Shown here in pieces: positions 12,640-25,860 of a DNA stretch of 64,000 bases; within the stretch, counting starts at the first letter, position 1; each line of letters starts with the position of its first letter. The notes under the pieces are model-generated. The model did not search any database. It worked only from the letters and a program-made list of their open reading frames with translations, and was not told the origin of the DNA. The position numbers were made by a program, and so were the translations under genes. Origin of the DNA: Albugo candida (lineage: Eukaryota); the NCBI GenBank assembly GCA_040437565.1, contig JBDOQK010000067.1:1-64000 (forward strand), given 5' to 3'.

Positions 12640-14830
12640 ATGCTTACAGAAGTCGATCAGAGAATTCAATTCCCCGTCACAGTACCTGTATCCAACGCAT
12701 ATACGTTACCCCGTGGCAGTACTGCATCGCCTCTCTGTGACCGCATAATCACTCAAACAAACGAAAAGCACCCCGAATGGAGTGAGTATCGAAGTCGTTA
12801 GTTTAGAAGGCGCAAGAGCTAATGGATCGAAAGCTATTTGACGCGGCCATTTTCGCGTTCACCTAACCGATTTGCTACTTAGAGAAGAAGAAGGGGGCAA
12901 ATGGAAACAGATCAAAGGATTGTACCGCCGCTGTGAGTGCTTTATGCTCATGAAACAATACTGACGAGCCATTGAAGATTTGACCAAATTGAACATTGAA
13001 ACACCTCTACATGGTCGCTTTCTGGTGGATATAGCGCAATTGTATGGTTTCTCGACTGACTATCATGCTCCCATGAAGGATTAAGAGAAAGTAGAACTCT
13101 AATTCATTGAAGAAAAAAGCTCGTTAGGCTCCCGATATCCTCTTCCAGACCATCGGAAAATTGTTCCATGGATTTACATGGCGAAATCGCTTTTCTACTA
13201 AGAGGTGACAATACCACACTGACGATGTGTGAGCTATCGCTGGCGCAGAGTGTTGGCCAGCAGCTGCTGTATCAGGCTCCAATCGCATACCTTCGAGCTA
13301 AATAATACCTCCAATTTCATCAACACGAACTCGCTTTAGTGGAATTGTATCTGTGCATCGAAATCGATCAAAGTGGGACGCTCATCGATGAAGAAGCTGT
13401 ATTAAAAGATGATCGTATCGATATGCTCGTAGCGCGTGCGAGTACTTTCATTCAGTTAAGGAAATATGAGGCAATCAAAGGCCTCAGTGTTGCGGGTCTG
13501 CATCAATTTCAAATGGAGAGAATACCTCAATTCCAGTGAATCTACTAGAATCTGACTTCGTCATTTTTTATCATCTTCAGGCCATTGAATTCTCAGAGCG
13601 CGTGGTGCAGGATTAGACTTTGATTTAGAAACAAGATCCTTACGATATTTACGTGTTTCGACTTTGACCCTACACACTGACGCGTTCTCTGCATGCGTTC
13701 GAAAAAAAGGAAACATTATTTGGAGACTGTCAAAGTGCTGGACCTCATGGTATCGGCTCGATTCTCGCGATTGGTACGCTGGGAGCTTTTCAGTCTCAAT
13801 GGAGCACAGCGATCGCTTCGGTGAAAAACTTTTTGGATGATAATCCAGACAACATCACTGTCCTCTTCCTCCGTGGGAGACTATAGTAGCTTGGATATAG
13901 CTACAAGCAAGCCCAAGCCGACGACACGTGTATTATCGAGTCGCAGTATCCCAAGTCGTGGAAGAAGACCTAGCGGATCAATCGAAAGGCCGGTTTCCAG
14001 AAGCAAAAAGCCTCACGTATTGAGGTCTCGAGTCTGAAATAATCCAATAGCAACCAGTGACGGCTCTATAGCTCTCTTTCGTTGCAATCGAATCTATATT
14101 CGCTAATGACTTTCAAGCAGCGTTTGTGGTTCACAATTGCAATTTGGAGGCATGATTGGAACACCAAAGTTTGAAGAAGCATTCCATACGCAAACACAAG
14201 AACGGACACATCAGGTGATCTCCTGGTTACTGGCTCAATATCAATCCGTCGACATCGAAACCACTTAAGCTTCGAGGAAAAAGGAAAAGAAGAAGAATCA
14301 AGCCCGGCAATGTGAGATTCCTCAGGCGCACGCACCACTGAAAAGCCATTGGTCCACTCACACCGCCTTCACAGAACACAAAAGTGTGTACAATTCAGTA
14401 CTCGAAAATATCAAAAGTGCTTGTTGGAGCAACCCGGGAAGAGGTGTTGTGATAGACTGATGCATTTGCCGCTACACGAGGCAAATCGCCAAAATCCTAT
14501 TTTTGTGAGCCACAAGAGTGTTTTCGAGCAAATTTGATTAGTTGCTTGGAACAAAAGAATGTCCTGGACGGAAACATGACAATTCAAAGTTGCCAATTAT
14601 TTTTGAATGCATCTAGTGTACATTTTCGATCGTCGCATTTAGCTACAATTATACTGGAATGTGTATCAGCAACGAGCAGCAGGATCAAGCGAGATCAGCT
14701 GGTTTAGCAAGAGTACATCAATGTAATCTTTCACTTGTATCCGAACAAGCTGATCAGACATTAATGGAATGGAGCAAAGAGGAAGGTATTTGGCATTTTA
14801 TGGACGACAACGCGCTTTCATTCGTAAGTG
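12640..14830 (+). pseudogene. Putative multi-exon gene or pseudogene of unknown function
   Basis: Consecutive plus-strand open stretches separated by GTGAGT/GTATGG donors (12782, 12933, 13043). An in-frame TAA near 13303 interrupts an otherwise continuous frame. No recognisable domain; boundaries approximate. Confidence 0.3.
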
Positions 14831-15576
14831 AGTTATAAAATGAAACAGCAATTTGGCAGCGTCAAAAACTAGTATACGCAGTGTTCTAGAGCGGGTGTTC
14901 TGTATGGGATAGGCTCTACAGATATTGAATTCTTACTAGTCTTGTCTTAGGCTCCAAGTTCGCCGTGGAATAACGACTTTGCTATTTGCATGATGTATGT
15001 ACAAAATATCGACAAAGTGAACTGTCAGGCAAGATGCCAGCACTGACGGGTCAATCATTCCTCGGCGTTGCAAATCGGCATGACATACAGCATGACTTTG
15101 CTTCGAAATTGAATGCCGTTACTAAATAGAACACGGCGCCTGTTTTGATTCTATTGTGCACAATAGAGCATTGTATTTATTTGAGATAGTAGCACATTTT
15201 TCATGTATTGCACGAGATCTATGAAGAGAGGGATGAAAACGCTTCAACCATGTCAGCAGCTCCATTTATCAACACAGCCTGATCCGCTTGCGTGCATCGA
15301 TTGCACCTTTATATCGATTTCATCCTATCGTCGATTGTGACTTAATCTAGCTGCATCTTAGACACGCACTTCTGTTCTGCTCATTTACGAATACCGCCTG
15401 AACATTGTGACCGTTTTCGCTAAAATTAATCGCAACAAATAGTTTCGAGCTTTCGATTGGCTTCAGGTAACAGCTCTGATGCTTTCCTATTGCTTCTTTG
15501 ACTGCAGCCCACATGTGATGAGCACTCTGATGCAAAGGGATATCAAACTCATTTAATGTTTTGGAGGCTTTACACA

Positions 15577-18500
15577 CTACTTTGTTTTCCTCTGTTGATT
15601 CTTGCGCGCGTGGCGTTTCTCAGCTTGTAACTTGTGATTACGAGTTTGAACTGCTTGTCCGAGTCGTCGGCCCAAAGTATCATCGTTTTCCATTTCTGCA
15701 ACCACATCCGACGCATACGTTGAGTTCGGTTGTGTAATACCGCGCCGAATTTGCATCGCTTCCTCGAGTTCGGGAGACCGTGTCGAAAGACCGCTTTTCG
15801 TGTAGCTTGCCTGGTACGAAGAGCAAGGTGGTTTGGATAGATCTGAAGTTGCAGATCCAAAAATGAGTCGACCAGGACCTTTTTGCTTGACTTTAGCTTT
15901 CTCACGTGAATCAATCGATTTTTTATTGTACAAAGTGATGTGTTGCAATTGATTCGCTTTTAGTTTTGTGATCATCGCATACAAATTCTTCAGCGACGGT
16001 GACTCAGGTCTGTCGTGAACTGATCCTCGGGGCGTATTTTCTATGGAGCATGCCTTCCAACGTTGCTCCCCAATGTGGTTCTCGAGGCTGAATTTGTCTT
16101 GACTGTGGCGTGGGGTCTTCTTTCCAGGGATTCCGATCAGTAAGAATTGGAATGGCTCGACTCGAACACTCTGAGCATCGATGTTATTGCACAAGATTTG
16201 CACCTCCACATGCTGAAATTCTGTAAACTCACACATCGGTGTATCGGTCGGATGTGCATCGGCAGTATACAAAGAAAGTCGCTTCTGATCTTCACCCATA
16301 CAGATCTTTGCATGCGGAATATGTCGAATGTGCTCTGATTTGGCAAAGGTTCCTGTTGGTTCGCTAGAATCCTGCCAAGGTACACCACATAGAGAAGGGT
16401 TGATTTGTACCCGATTGTCTCGATCGCAAAGATACACAGGCCCTCGAAGATCATATTTTGGCAAATATACGAGAAAGCCGTTCTCTTTGAGCGAAGTGAT
16501 AATTCCCACCGTCACAATTTTGTTCTCGCTAAAGTATAATGCGAGAAATAATTCTTTGCATTGTTGAGAGGCGCGTTTGGCATTTCGATGTCTGACGTTC
16601 AGATGATGTGTCATTTGAATCAAATCGGTCAATGGCAGCGCCGGTATATCAATAGTTGAGAAAGTTGAGGTCTCTTCTGAAGTGCGTTCGACTAGTTGGC
16701 CATGCACATGAGCTATCAAGTCATCGAGTAGTTCATCGGCTTTATCGAGCGGCATTGAGTAGCTTCGTGGGGCAGAAAGCGTCGTTTCTGTCTCGACATT
16801 CTCCGAAAACTGTTGTATTACATGCAGCAGCTGACGATGAACCACAATATCGGCATAACGCCGGATAGGGGATGTGAAATGCGTGTAGCATTCAACTCCC
16901 AAACCGTAGTGCGCAATTCTAGTGTCGAAATCACTCGAATTCGCTCCCATCATTCGAGGAGCTGAGAGAGCCTCATGAGCACATATATACTCTGCTTGTT
17001 GCATCTCGCGAACAACGAGTGCTTTCAAAAACGCCATTGTTTTTATATCCATCACACCGGAATTCTCGCAGTTTATAAGCGACTGCTGTAGCGTAAAGTT
17101 GTTGCTGGTATCGAATTCAACGCCCTTGACTCGTGCAATATCGACAACTCGCGAAAACCGATTACTGGAAGGAGGTAAATGGCGTCGAAGTAGTGCGTGC
17201 TGAGGAATTGCTCGAATTATCTTTTTGGCGACAGTTGTGTTAGTCAATATCATAATTTCTGCGATCGTGTGGTGAATTTCGAGGCTTTCAGAGGAGCTGA
17301 CAGATACGCGCGGATTCTTCAAATCACTCGAGCTGGGCGCTATATGAATTTCCTCGTTTCTCGACAGATCCAAACCTCCATGCTGCATGCGTGCATGCTC
17401 GAGTGTACGCGCGATTCGAGTCAGCAAGCGAAGTGCTTGTTGTAAATGCCCTTTTGCTGCATCAGGAATTGGACCACCTGCCATTCCAACATTGTCAGTG
17501 ATCGCAGAAGCATCAATGGGTTTATTGTAAAGAATTTGGTGTGCTTGTTCATACGTCAAAGACGCGCAAGATCGAATAACTGTTCTCCCGATCCAGGTCT
17601 TTTCTTCGACCACAGCAAGTGTATCAGGGTTCACTTCCCAAATGACGCTCACTGCTAGCCTGTCACGAGAGTGATGAAGGGAGCATAAATCTGCGCTCAG
17701 CACTGCCGGAATCATGTCGAGACGTTGACCAACAAGATAGACGCTAGTTCCCCGACGTCGCGCCTCACAGTCTAGTGCTGAATCAGATTTCACAAAGTAC
17801 GATACGTCAGCAATGTGCACTCCAAGCTCAATATTTCCGTTTGATAGCGCACTGACTGACATGGCGTCGTCAATATCTTGACACCCGGCGGGGTCAACGC
17901 TGAATATCTTGTGTGTGGACCTCAGATCTCTTCGAGCGTGCCTTTCAAATTCTTCAGGTGGAATCTTCCAATCAAGAAGAGAGCAATTGGACGGACGCTT
18001 CGCTGTACAGCATTCAGCGATTTGATAGCTCTCCATGACAGTGTCAGAGATTGCTGGAAGACATGCGATTGCGGCTTGACTGAAAGGACTTTCAATTAGC
18101 TCGTTTTCCACCAGGATTGAGCTTATCTCCGTCGAAATGTCTTTTACATCGCCTAATATGCCGATGTAGTGACCGTGAGGGTATGCTGAATCGGTTGGCC
18201 AGCTATCAATGATGATTTTGAGTCGTTTGCCGGTGAGGGCGTCAAGATGATTCGAACGAATGCGAACTTTTGGGAATCGCATACTCATTGGGATTGCTAG
18301 AGCGATATTTTCTCCACTTTTGATCATCTTGGACGGGATAGTTGCCATAATGACCCGACAAGACCGTGATACTATGCTAATAACGCGGCCAGTGGGCCAA
18401 CCTGACGCGGTCGATTCGACTGGGGCTATATCACCAGACTTGTGGGATGAAAGACCAGAATCTTCGTCGCTATCGTCGTCCATAGTGGGGGTGTAGTGTA

Positions 18501-19536
18501 CAAGTACTCTCTCACTAGTGGGGACCTTCCACATTAGCTTTGGTAAAATTTGGACCTCGACCAAGTCTCCATGCACGGCGCGTTTCATGTCGCCACGACC
18601 ACATATGTATACATTTTCAGTATTGAAAGCTTCATTCCGTTTATTTAGACGTACAAACGCCTCAGTGGAGCAAAAAGCGTTGACTTCAAATAAACCAACA
18701 GAGAAACTTGCGCTGTTTTCTCCTGATGCAAGTCGTTCCAAAGAAATATTCTCCTCGCGCATCTCCTCCTCCACATGACATTTACTTTTCTCTTGTTCAG
18801 TGATCCAGTCATTCACTTTTCCTTCCATGCTCTGGACAAACTCGATCACTTGTCGGTCATTGTCACATTCACACAGTAGAGTCTCCATGAACTTTCCCAG
18901 CGATACCACGCTCATATTGTCCGCATTCAATGAGTCGGTAGATGCACATAAAGTCAAGTGGAGGAATGACACTTTTGGATGTGATGTGGCATACCAATGC
19001 AATGTTCCTCCAATAACTCGATTTTCTCGCTCTGTCAACGTCTCATGCAAATCTGATTCCCAATTCTCAGAGACGTGTGCGTAGTTTTCATTCGCAACGA
19101 ATGATATAAATCGGCTTTCTTCAGTATTTTTATCTTTGAGAAAAGTTTGGAGCTGGGAAAGCTCCTGCATAGGAAGCCATTTTTTTGCCTGTAAAAAGCA
19201 CGTTTCCAGTACAATTAGATGTGTAAATGCGTGAGAGACAATCTTTTTCGCGGCACTACTCAAACGGTCGTTATTGGAGGCTTCCGAGGCATTTTGTAGC
19301 AATCGCAAGCATGGATACAGCGACATTGCGTCTGGAATCAGATATGTTACGCCATCTGAAGTATTGTGTGTGTTACAATCCGTGTGCTGTTGACAAAAAT
19401 CGATACCACAATTGAGGTCAGTACGAACATATTTTTCCAAGCAGCAAAGAGTTCCTTGACGCCTTTTTCTTCTACCCTTGTCATAAAACCAAGTATCCAA
19501 AGTGGCATAGCCGTACGGTCTACCGACAGATTGCAT
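15577..19536 (-). CDS. DIS3L: DIS3-like (RNase II/RNB family) 3'-5' exoribonuclease, 1319 aa, intronless
   Basis: N-terminal CR3-like EKYVRTDLNCGIDFC; PIN-like YLIPDA..; CSD RAVHGDLVEV; RNB SVDPAGCQDIDDAMS, ELGVHIADVSYFV, HYGLGVECYTHFTSPIRRYADIVVHR. Paralog assignment is by motif resemblance only. Confidence 0.9.
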   Translation of the reverse strand: MQSVGRPYGYATLDTWFYDKGRRKRRQGTLCCLEKYVRTDLNCGIDFCQQHTDCNTHNTSDGVTYLIPDAMSLYPCLRLLQNASEASNNDRLSSAAKKIVSHAFTHLIVLETCFLQAKKWLPMQELSQLQTFLKDKNTEESRFISFVANENYAHVSENWESDLHETLTERENRVIGGTLHWYATSHPKVSFLHLTLCASTDSLNADNMSVVSLGKFMETLLCECDNDRQVIEFVQSMEGKVNDWITEQEKSKCHVEEEMREENISLERLASGENSASFSVGLFEVNAFCSTEAFVRLNKRNEAFNTENVYICGRGDMKRAVHGDLVEVQILPKLMWKVPTSERVLVHYTPTMDDDSDEDSGLSSHKSGDIAPVESTASGWPTGRVISIVSRSCRVIMATIPSKMIKSGENIALAIPMSMRFPKVRIRSNHLDALTGKRLKIIIDSWPTDSAYPHGHYIGILGDVKDISTEISSILVENELIESPFSQAAIACLPAISDTVMESYQIAECCTAKRPSNCSLLDWKIPPEEFERHARRDLRSTHKIFSVDPAGCQDIDDAMSVSALSNGNIELGVHIADVSYFVKSDSALDCEARRRGTSVYLVGQRLDMIPAVLSADLCSLHHSRDRLAVSVIWEVNPDTLAVVEEKTWIGRTVIRSCASLTYEQAHQILYNKPIDASAITDNVGMAGGPIPDAAKGHLQQALRLLTRIARTLEHARMQHGGLDLSRNEEIHIAPSSSDLKNPRVSVSSSESLEIHHTIAEIMILTNTTVAKKIIRAIPQHALLRRHLPPSSNRFSRVVDIARVKGVEFDTSNNFTLQQSLINCENSGVMDIKTMAFLKALVVREMQQAEYICAHEALSAPRMMGANSSDFDTRIAHYGLGVECYTHFTSPIRRYADIVVHRQLLHVIQQFSENVETETTLSAPRSYSMPLDKADELLDDLIAHVHGQLVERTSEETSTFSTIDIPALPLTDLIQMTHHLNVRHRNAKRASQQCKELFLALYFSENKIVTVGIITSLKENGFLVYLPKYDLRGPVYLCDRDNRVQINPSLCGVPWQDSSEPTGTFAKSEHIRHIPHAKICMGEDQKRLSLYTADAHPTDTPMCEFTEFQHVEVQILCNNIDAQSVRVEPFQFLLIGIPGKKTPRHSQDKFSLENHIGEQRWKACSIENTPRGSVHDRPESPSLKNLYAMITKLKANQLQHITLYNKKSIDSREKAKVKQKGPGRLIFGSATSDLSKPPCSSYQASYTKSGLSTRSPELEEAMQIRRGITQPNSTYASDVVAEMENDDTLGRRLGQAVQTRNHKLQAEKRHARKNQQRKTK

Positions 19537-19847
19537 TCTCTATTCTATTGGCCAAATTGTTTCTGACATCAAACAGAAGCATTATTACTGTAGTTGACAT
19601 ATGACAGTCAAGAGGACGCTTTATGTTGATGACTTGTGTTGTCGCTTCTGATAGTCATTCACGTCTACTGAGAAGCTGTGGATACCTTACAGCGATCTGG
19701 TCGGTGTATGCACACCATTGATGCAGATTAGAAGCTTATAAAATGATTTAGGGTACACCGACGATAGCATAGGAGTCTAGATACGGACGTCAGAGGAAGG
19801 CATTAGAGTTCAAACAGCTGACTCTGCCAATGAGATTTTCACACAAA

Positions 19848-19864
19848 TATATATATATATATAT
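19848..19864. repeat. (AT)n microsatellite
   Basis: Run of AT dinucleotides seen directly. Confidence 0.9.
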
Positions 19865-22800
19865 CCATTCGGTGGCAATACAGCTACAAATTCAGGACCT
19901 TGAGTGCCGGGCAATAATAGCATCTTTAATTCAAATAGTGATATTTTTTTCGGCATACTAGAGTAGCGGAGTTTTTATCAGAAGACGAGGAGATCGAGCA
20001 GCATGAAGAATTTGATGAATGGTCTGAAAACAAGCTGACCGGAGCGAATACAGGGAAGACACTTTTTCACTTGGGAGAGCGCAAACACCGACGAAATAAA
20101 AGGGAGCACGATAGTAACGTCAATCCTATGGAATCAAACTTGATACTCTTGCGAGTGATACAGTCAGTCACTTTTTGCTTCCATGCCACGATGCGACGCT
20201 ACTCCACAAGCTCGACTAGCCTTCATCGATATCCCGTTAAGCATTTACTCTACGACTATCACGACAATTATTTGAGCTCTGAGATCGCACCACATTCATT
20301 ACGAAATGGATCGTTGCACTGTTTAAATGCTTCATACATTTTGTGTGATATTGTGTATTTTCAATGAGAAGTTTATCCTGGACGAAAAGGCATCATCGGC
20401 GTTGTCTGCATCTTGTTTTTGGCTAATCGCGACATGACACTTCTTATATGAAACTCCAATTTGTGATAGGCTCAGTTTTGTACGCAGGCTAATGTCAGTA
20501 AAGCATCTCAAAGGTAAGCGCTGATTGGCATTGTTGCTACGAGTATGCAGCATTTATCGCTCGGGTTGGCAGGATCAACAAGAGCTGGTGTAATAAATAC
20601 AATGTATGATGGCAGACACCGGTAATGAAATATCAAGGGTGTAGAGACTGCTACCGCTTGGGTGTATTATGGTATTGAATGCTGTAGATGAAGACGATGC
20701 GTCCTGGAAGGGTATGATATTATCGCAAGAAACACTATTGATGCAATCTCCAGTACCGATTGCTCCTTTTGCAATTTAGTCAAGCGGGTAAGATGATCAA
20801 TGTCGACATTTGTGAGCGTCTAATTCCGCACTGGGTTAATAAAGCTCGACTTTGTGAAGATCACGACCTGACTAACAACCATTGCAGCTGCTAGATAGAG
20901 TTATTGTCATTATATGAGGACTGTGGCCATATAAGCCCAGATTTGCGTGGATCTGAAGTCACGAGTGTGGCACAATGTACTTGTGAGGAAATGAAAACTT
21001 CTCAGCATCGTACTAGCTTTTATAGTTGCGGTCGACTATGTATACGATTAATGGGAAGATCGTCAAGGTATCATCTCTAATCTTCCTCTTTTCATTATCG
21101 TACCTCCCGCAGTTTCGTAATGTTCTCATCAATGCCCTCTCGCTATGACATCACGCTCCAAGATATTAAATTTGAAGCCATAATTCAAGACATTTTTGTA
21201 TCTAGAAAACATGGGCCTGGAGACCAGGCGAGATAGACCTCGCCGAATGATATGAAAATAGCGAGCACGCTGGCGATACTATGCAGCATAAAAAGTAGGA
21301 GAACAGGATTAGAGATGTCATGATTGACATTCGTTGCATCAATATACAGCAAGATGCTGCTTCAAAGCGCCGGAAAGTTTGCAAATATGGATATAGTAGT
21401 GACGCTCTCAGTGAAATTGAGTACTTATGCATCAATACTTGTTGCAATGGATAAGTAAAGCGATTGAGGCGGTGAGTGTACATTTTGCACGCANNNNNNN
21501 NNNNNNNNNNNNNNNNNNNNNNNNNNNNNNNNNNNNNNNNNNNNNNNNNNNNNNNNNNNNNNNNNNNNNNNNNNNNNNNNNNNNNNNNNNNNNTGCATCA
21601 ATACTTGTTGCAATGGATAAGTAAAGCGATTGAGGCGGTGAGTGTACATTTTGCACGCATCTGAAGTGACGTGGGGTCGGTGCAAGCGTATGCATTTTGC
21701 CAACCAATACGTATCGATTCGCGTTGAAAAGGATTGCTTGCTTCTTCTGCGAAAAGAACATTTATAACGCATTACGAAGTCGCAATGTATCCACTAGTGC
21801 CCTTGTACTACTAATGTCGCTGTAGGACAATCAACTCGGGCTTCAATGCTGCAAATCAAATGGATACCTTATTTTGGATGCTTGATACCGCCACGATGAT
21901 GCGCTCTCTCATTGTACCGTTTTCTCAATGCGATATGCTACTATCTCATTCAAGATCGCTTTATCTACCAAACAATCGGTAACATGGACAAAAAACTTGC
22001 CAGGAAAGAATATATTTGCAATATCACGCGGTATAGCTGAACTATGAGACATTTCTAGCCCGAAGTGTCCAGGAGCGATTCTTTCCTTCCTTTCTTCCTG
22101 TGGCTTTGGTAATATAACAACTGTTGAGAAGTTGAAAATTTGCATCTTTTGCCGTATTAAGGCATCATATAACGAAAAGAAAGACAGCTTCGCTTTGACA
22201 GAATAGCTTTCATCCAATCCTCAAATACAGTCAGCGTTCCGTACTCTACAAATACGTATTTAAACGTACTTGGAAGCTCTTATGGAAGCATCGCACCATT
22301 ACTCCAAGCTCTCGACCGCGTTTTCTCAGCTAATAGCCTACTAATAATCTGTTCTAGAAGTCGGAGTACCATGTTTTGTGCTGAACTAACGGTAGATGAA
22401 TATCTAAGCATCAATGGACAACGTCTATGAAGGCTTGAAGTACCAGTGAGAGGAACTAGGGACCTAATACAAAATACAATGATCTCTTGTTACAGGCACC
22501 CTTTCGTGAATCAAGATGTTGGAAAGTAACGACTCGACATTGCGTTCCGTCAGACGTTTTGGTAAAATGATCCAAGGATCAAAATAGTGGTCTGTGTCGT
22601 ATACCTTCCGCTATGGACTGTCCCGACAAGGTGGTTTCGTAACCAATAAAGGCCGTAGGAAGAGAAACTATCAGTCATATATTATATACTTAGTTCTATT
22701 TTTGCCCCCCCCCCTTCAGTAAAGCGACTTCCCATTCTGTGCGCTATTACGACACAAGAAGCTTCGGGCTGAAAGAATGGAGCAGCAGTTGCACGGAAGA

Positions 22801-25414
22801 TCTGTCTTGTACATGAACAACGGAGCATGATTGAGACATCAAAGCGCTTGAGTACAAACAACAACATCCTTTTATTGTCTCTGTCGACTCCCTAAGGATG
22901 AATACCGAATATAAATCCATCATTCAGCTTGTGGACTTGACAATAAATCTTGGAGTCATACCTCAGCGGTCTTATCGAAAGAGTCGAACCATCAGACAAA
23001 CATGTTGCAACTGGATGTTTTGTTTAGATGTTTCAAAATGTATGCGGCAATCCCTGTTATAAAAGCTCTAAACACGCAAATTACCATTATACTGTATTGA
23101 TGAGGAGCCTGCGTAGCATTCTGTTCAGAATTCAAAAGCTTCGCGACACATCGGTTTGGCGCAATGTACACCTTTGACAACCAAAAGACAGAATTAACAA
23201 CTTTTCTAATTTTGGCTTTTAAGCAATACAAACATTTTCGCACATACACTTTCTGTGGAGCATATTGACTCAAGTAAATGCGGTATCCAACAAACTTGTA
23301 CTTCCAATACTCTCCGTAAGCATTCTCCGCTTTTGAGGATTTGATCTCCGCGCAGAGGGTTTGCTCCTTTTGACTCATTTTTCAGTATAAAAACAAAAAG
23401 ATTCTCATTGTCTGGCGAGAAGTACCCAAGAATCTCAAGTTGCCACAATACTTCATTTGTGACTTTTGAGTTTTTAAGCAATGTTTCTGCGACGCTCGTG
23501 GCCGATTACATTGCCATAACCCGACTGAATCTCTCGATATAGTCGGAATTACACCCAAGCTCCAGGTTTCTCACTGAATTGTCCCGTGACCTGTATAGTA
23601 TATTTTATTGCCTTCCTCAGTGTTATTCCTTCCTTATCGTCCTCGTCACAGGTAGTCTTGACAGTATCGAATCGATGGAGATGCAAATCAACGTTTTTGC
23701 CACATTTTAGTTGTCGGCTATTTGACAATGCTTTAGTTCACTTTGCGGAAATTCTTAATTGTTTGAGGCATGCACGCCATGAAAGACTGCATTTCATATA
23801 CATATTGTCAACTAAATAATCGACTAACAGATTAAAGCTCATCGCATCATGCGTATCAGCGTGCTCTATCTGACGAGTCTTGATACTACTCCATTTCCTT
23901 ACTGATGACGAGAAAACTAATCTCCAAGACATATTGCACAGGTAAATACTGCTTGATGTTCGGCTTCGAGGTACCAAAAGCTTAAACATCAGCCATTTAT
24001 ATGACGAAAGACACTTTTGGATCAAGAAAGCCTTCTGCAATCACACGAATGTATAGCACACAAGCTTGGGCCAAGTTTTGTTAGCGCTTTTCTCGATATT
24101 CGTTTTACATTTCTTTCCATAGATACGTCTCTATGAGCATCAAAAAATGAAAAAGATCTGATTCTCGTAGTGGAGGCTTTGGCATCACCTGTGCGAGATA
24201 CCGGATGCCCTCGTTTTTTAAGTGTATAATTCAGGTTCAGTCCGCTCAGAGCCTTAGTTGTTACTGTTCAAAGATTGTCAGTGTGAACGGAGTAGTTCAC
24301 CTATCGTATTGATGCTTCACCACGTCAGGGTGTCTCTAAAATATTCGCGCTATCTCAACACACGAAAAAATTGCCGCTTTCATCAGTGAAATCCACTCCT
24401 TCATGATTTATCTGTATGATATTTGTGAGTTGAGAGGCTTTGGTGTGAGCTCATACCGCAGGGACGAAAAATGTATCCTTGATCATCGTTGGTGATATAA
24501 TGTCGTCAAGTAATCGGTTGGCTTCTGCATAGTCTCCGATACAAGCAATCGATGATATACTTCGAAGGACTAACACGACGCGAAAAAAACTCTTCCATAG
24601 TGTGTTTTATTTCCTACTTTTATGATATTCCCTTTATTACTATGAGAAAAGGAAGTGCATTTATCGCTACAATTTGCTCAAGAATCGTTCAATTCTGACG
24701 ATTATGTGCAAGCAAAGTGATCACATTATACGATCCATTCTGTAGCCGCAAAGTTTGGCATATATCTGAAAAGCTCGCTGCGACATTTTGCAATGATCGT
24801 TTCTGATAGAACTGTCATAGACGACAAATTTCCATGCCATATATAGTGAGCATGCTGATTGATTAGGACCGTTGATCTAAAAGGAAAAGAACACAATATT
24901 CTTATCTAGCCGTTTTGAGAGGTGGAAGGTGAATGTGCATGCCGTCCAATCCTTACAAGGCATCAACACAATACATTACACCAAATGTGATCCTATGTAC
25001 CACCCCATCAATACATCATCGCTTGCGCGAAACTAGCCAGTACGATCAAGAACGTTCTATCACTATTTGTTACGTCATCAATCGCGCAAGAAGGACTAGG
25101 TAGAAACGTCATTGCTAGCCCATTTTCCAGACGGTAAGCATTAGTATCAACGGAACTCTAGATTACCTATATGTCAACTACACTAGAACGAATTCTCAAC
25201 GTATAATGTAGGACCAAATCCGTATTACTACAATTGAACGAAAGATACGTTGGAATCGTGCCACTTATCGTAATCATTTGCTAATGCGTCAGTCAGCCGC
25301 GTATTTCGTCGGTGGACGGAGGAACAATGACGTCAGCCAGTGAGCAATGAGTGGTTGACGTGTCGCTATCCAAAAGTTGCAGTGCGTAGTCTCCGTAGGC
25401 TCTGAAATAGGGAA

Positions 25415-25430
25415 TCACTATTCAATTTGC
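25415..25430 (+). promoter_or_regulatory. Oomycete INR+FPR-like core promoter
   Basis: TCACTATTCAATTTGC about 25 nt upstream of ATG 25454; resembles consensus TCAYTYYNCAWTTT. Confidence 0.5.
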
Positions 25431-25453
25431 TTCACTTTGAAAACACGTCCACG

Positions 25454-25860
25454 ATGTCCACTTGCAAGTCAATTCGCAAAGCCCTGTTGATGCTCTTTCT
25501 CCTACTTTTGACAATATGTGAGGACTATACGACCTCAGCGGCTGGCAACAACAACAAAAACGACTCCGTGAAGGAAAAGAGTCGAAAGGTATGTTTAAAA
25601 AGTTTTTCAGTAATTTTTTTGGATCCAAACGCTCAAAGAGCAAAGATGTGGAAGGAGAAGCGGAGGGGAACAACCTAAACAGTGTAATAACATCGCATGA
25701 AAAACGCATCAAACGTAACAGGAATAATTTTGAACGTGCTGAGCGAAAAAGAAAAAACGAACAAGCACAATTCAACAGGATTCCAAAGAATGATCCGGTG
25801 GAGTTTCATTCACAAGAATATACGGATGTATTGGTAGATCGCAACTTTCCACGAATTTAA
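25454..25860 (+). CDS. Candidate secreted effector (TICEDxTTSA leader), split over two frames
   Basis: Signal-like ALLMLFLLLLTICEDYTTSA, then an overlapping second frame QQQQKRLREGKESKGMFKKFFSNFFGSK...FPRI*. Joined by either a 1-nt frameshift or a 50-nt intron 25589-25638. Confidence 0.6.

Noticed and set aside
19960-20367. Open plus-strand frame with acidic start, divergent from DIS3L
   Set aside because: No clear start, splice partner or homology; cannot be supported as a gene.
21428-21659. Exact 66-bp direct repeat flanking a gap
   Set aside because: Same contig-overlap artefact.
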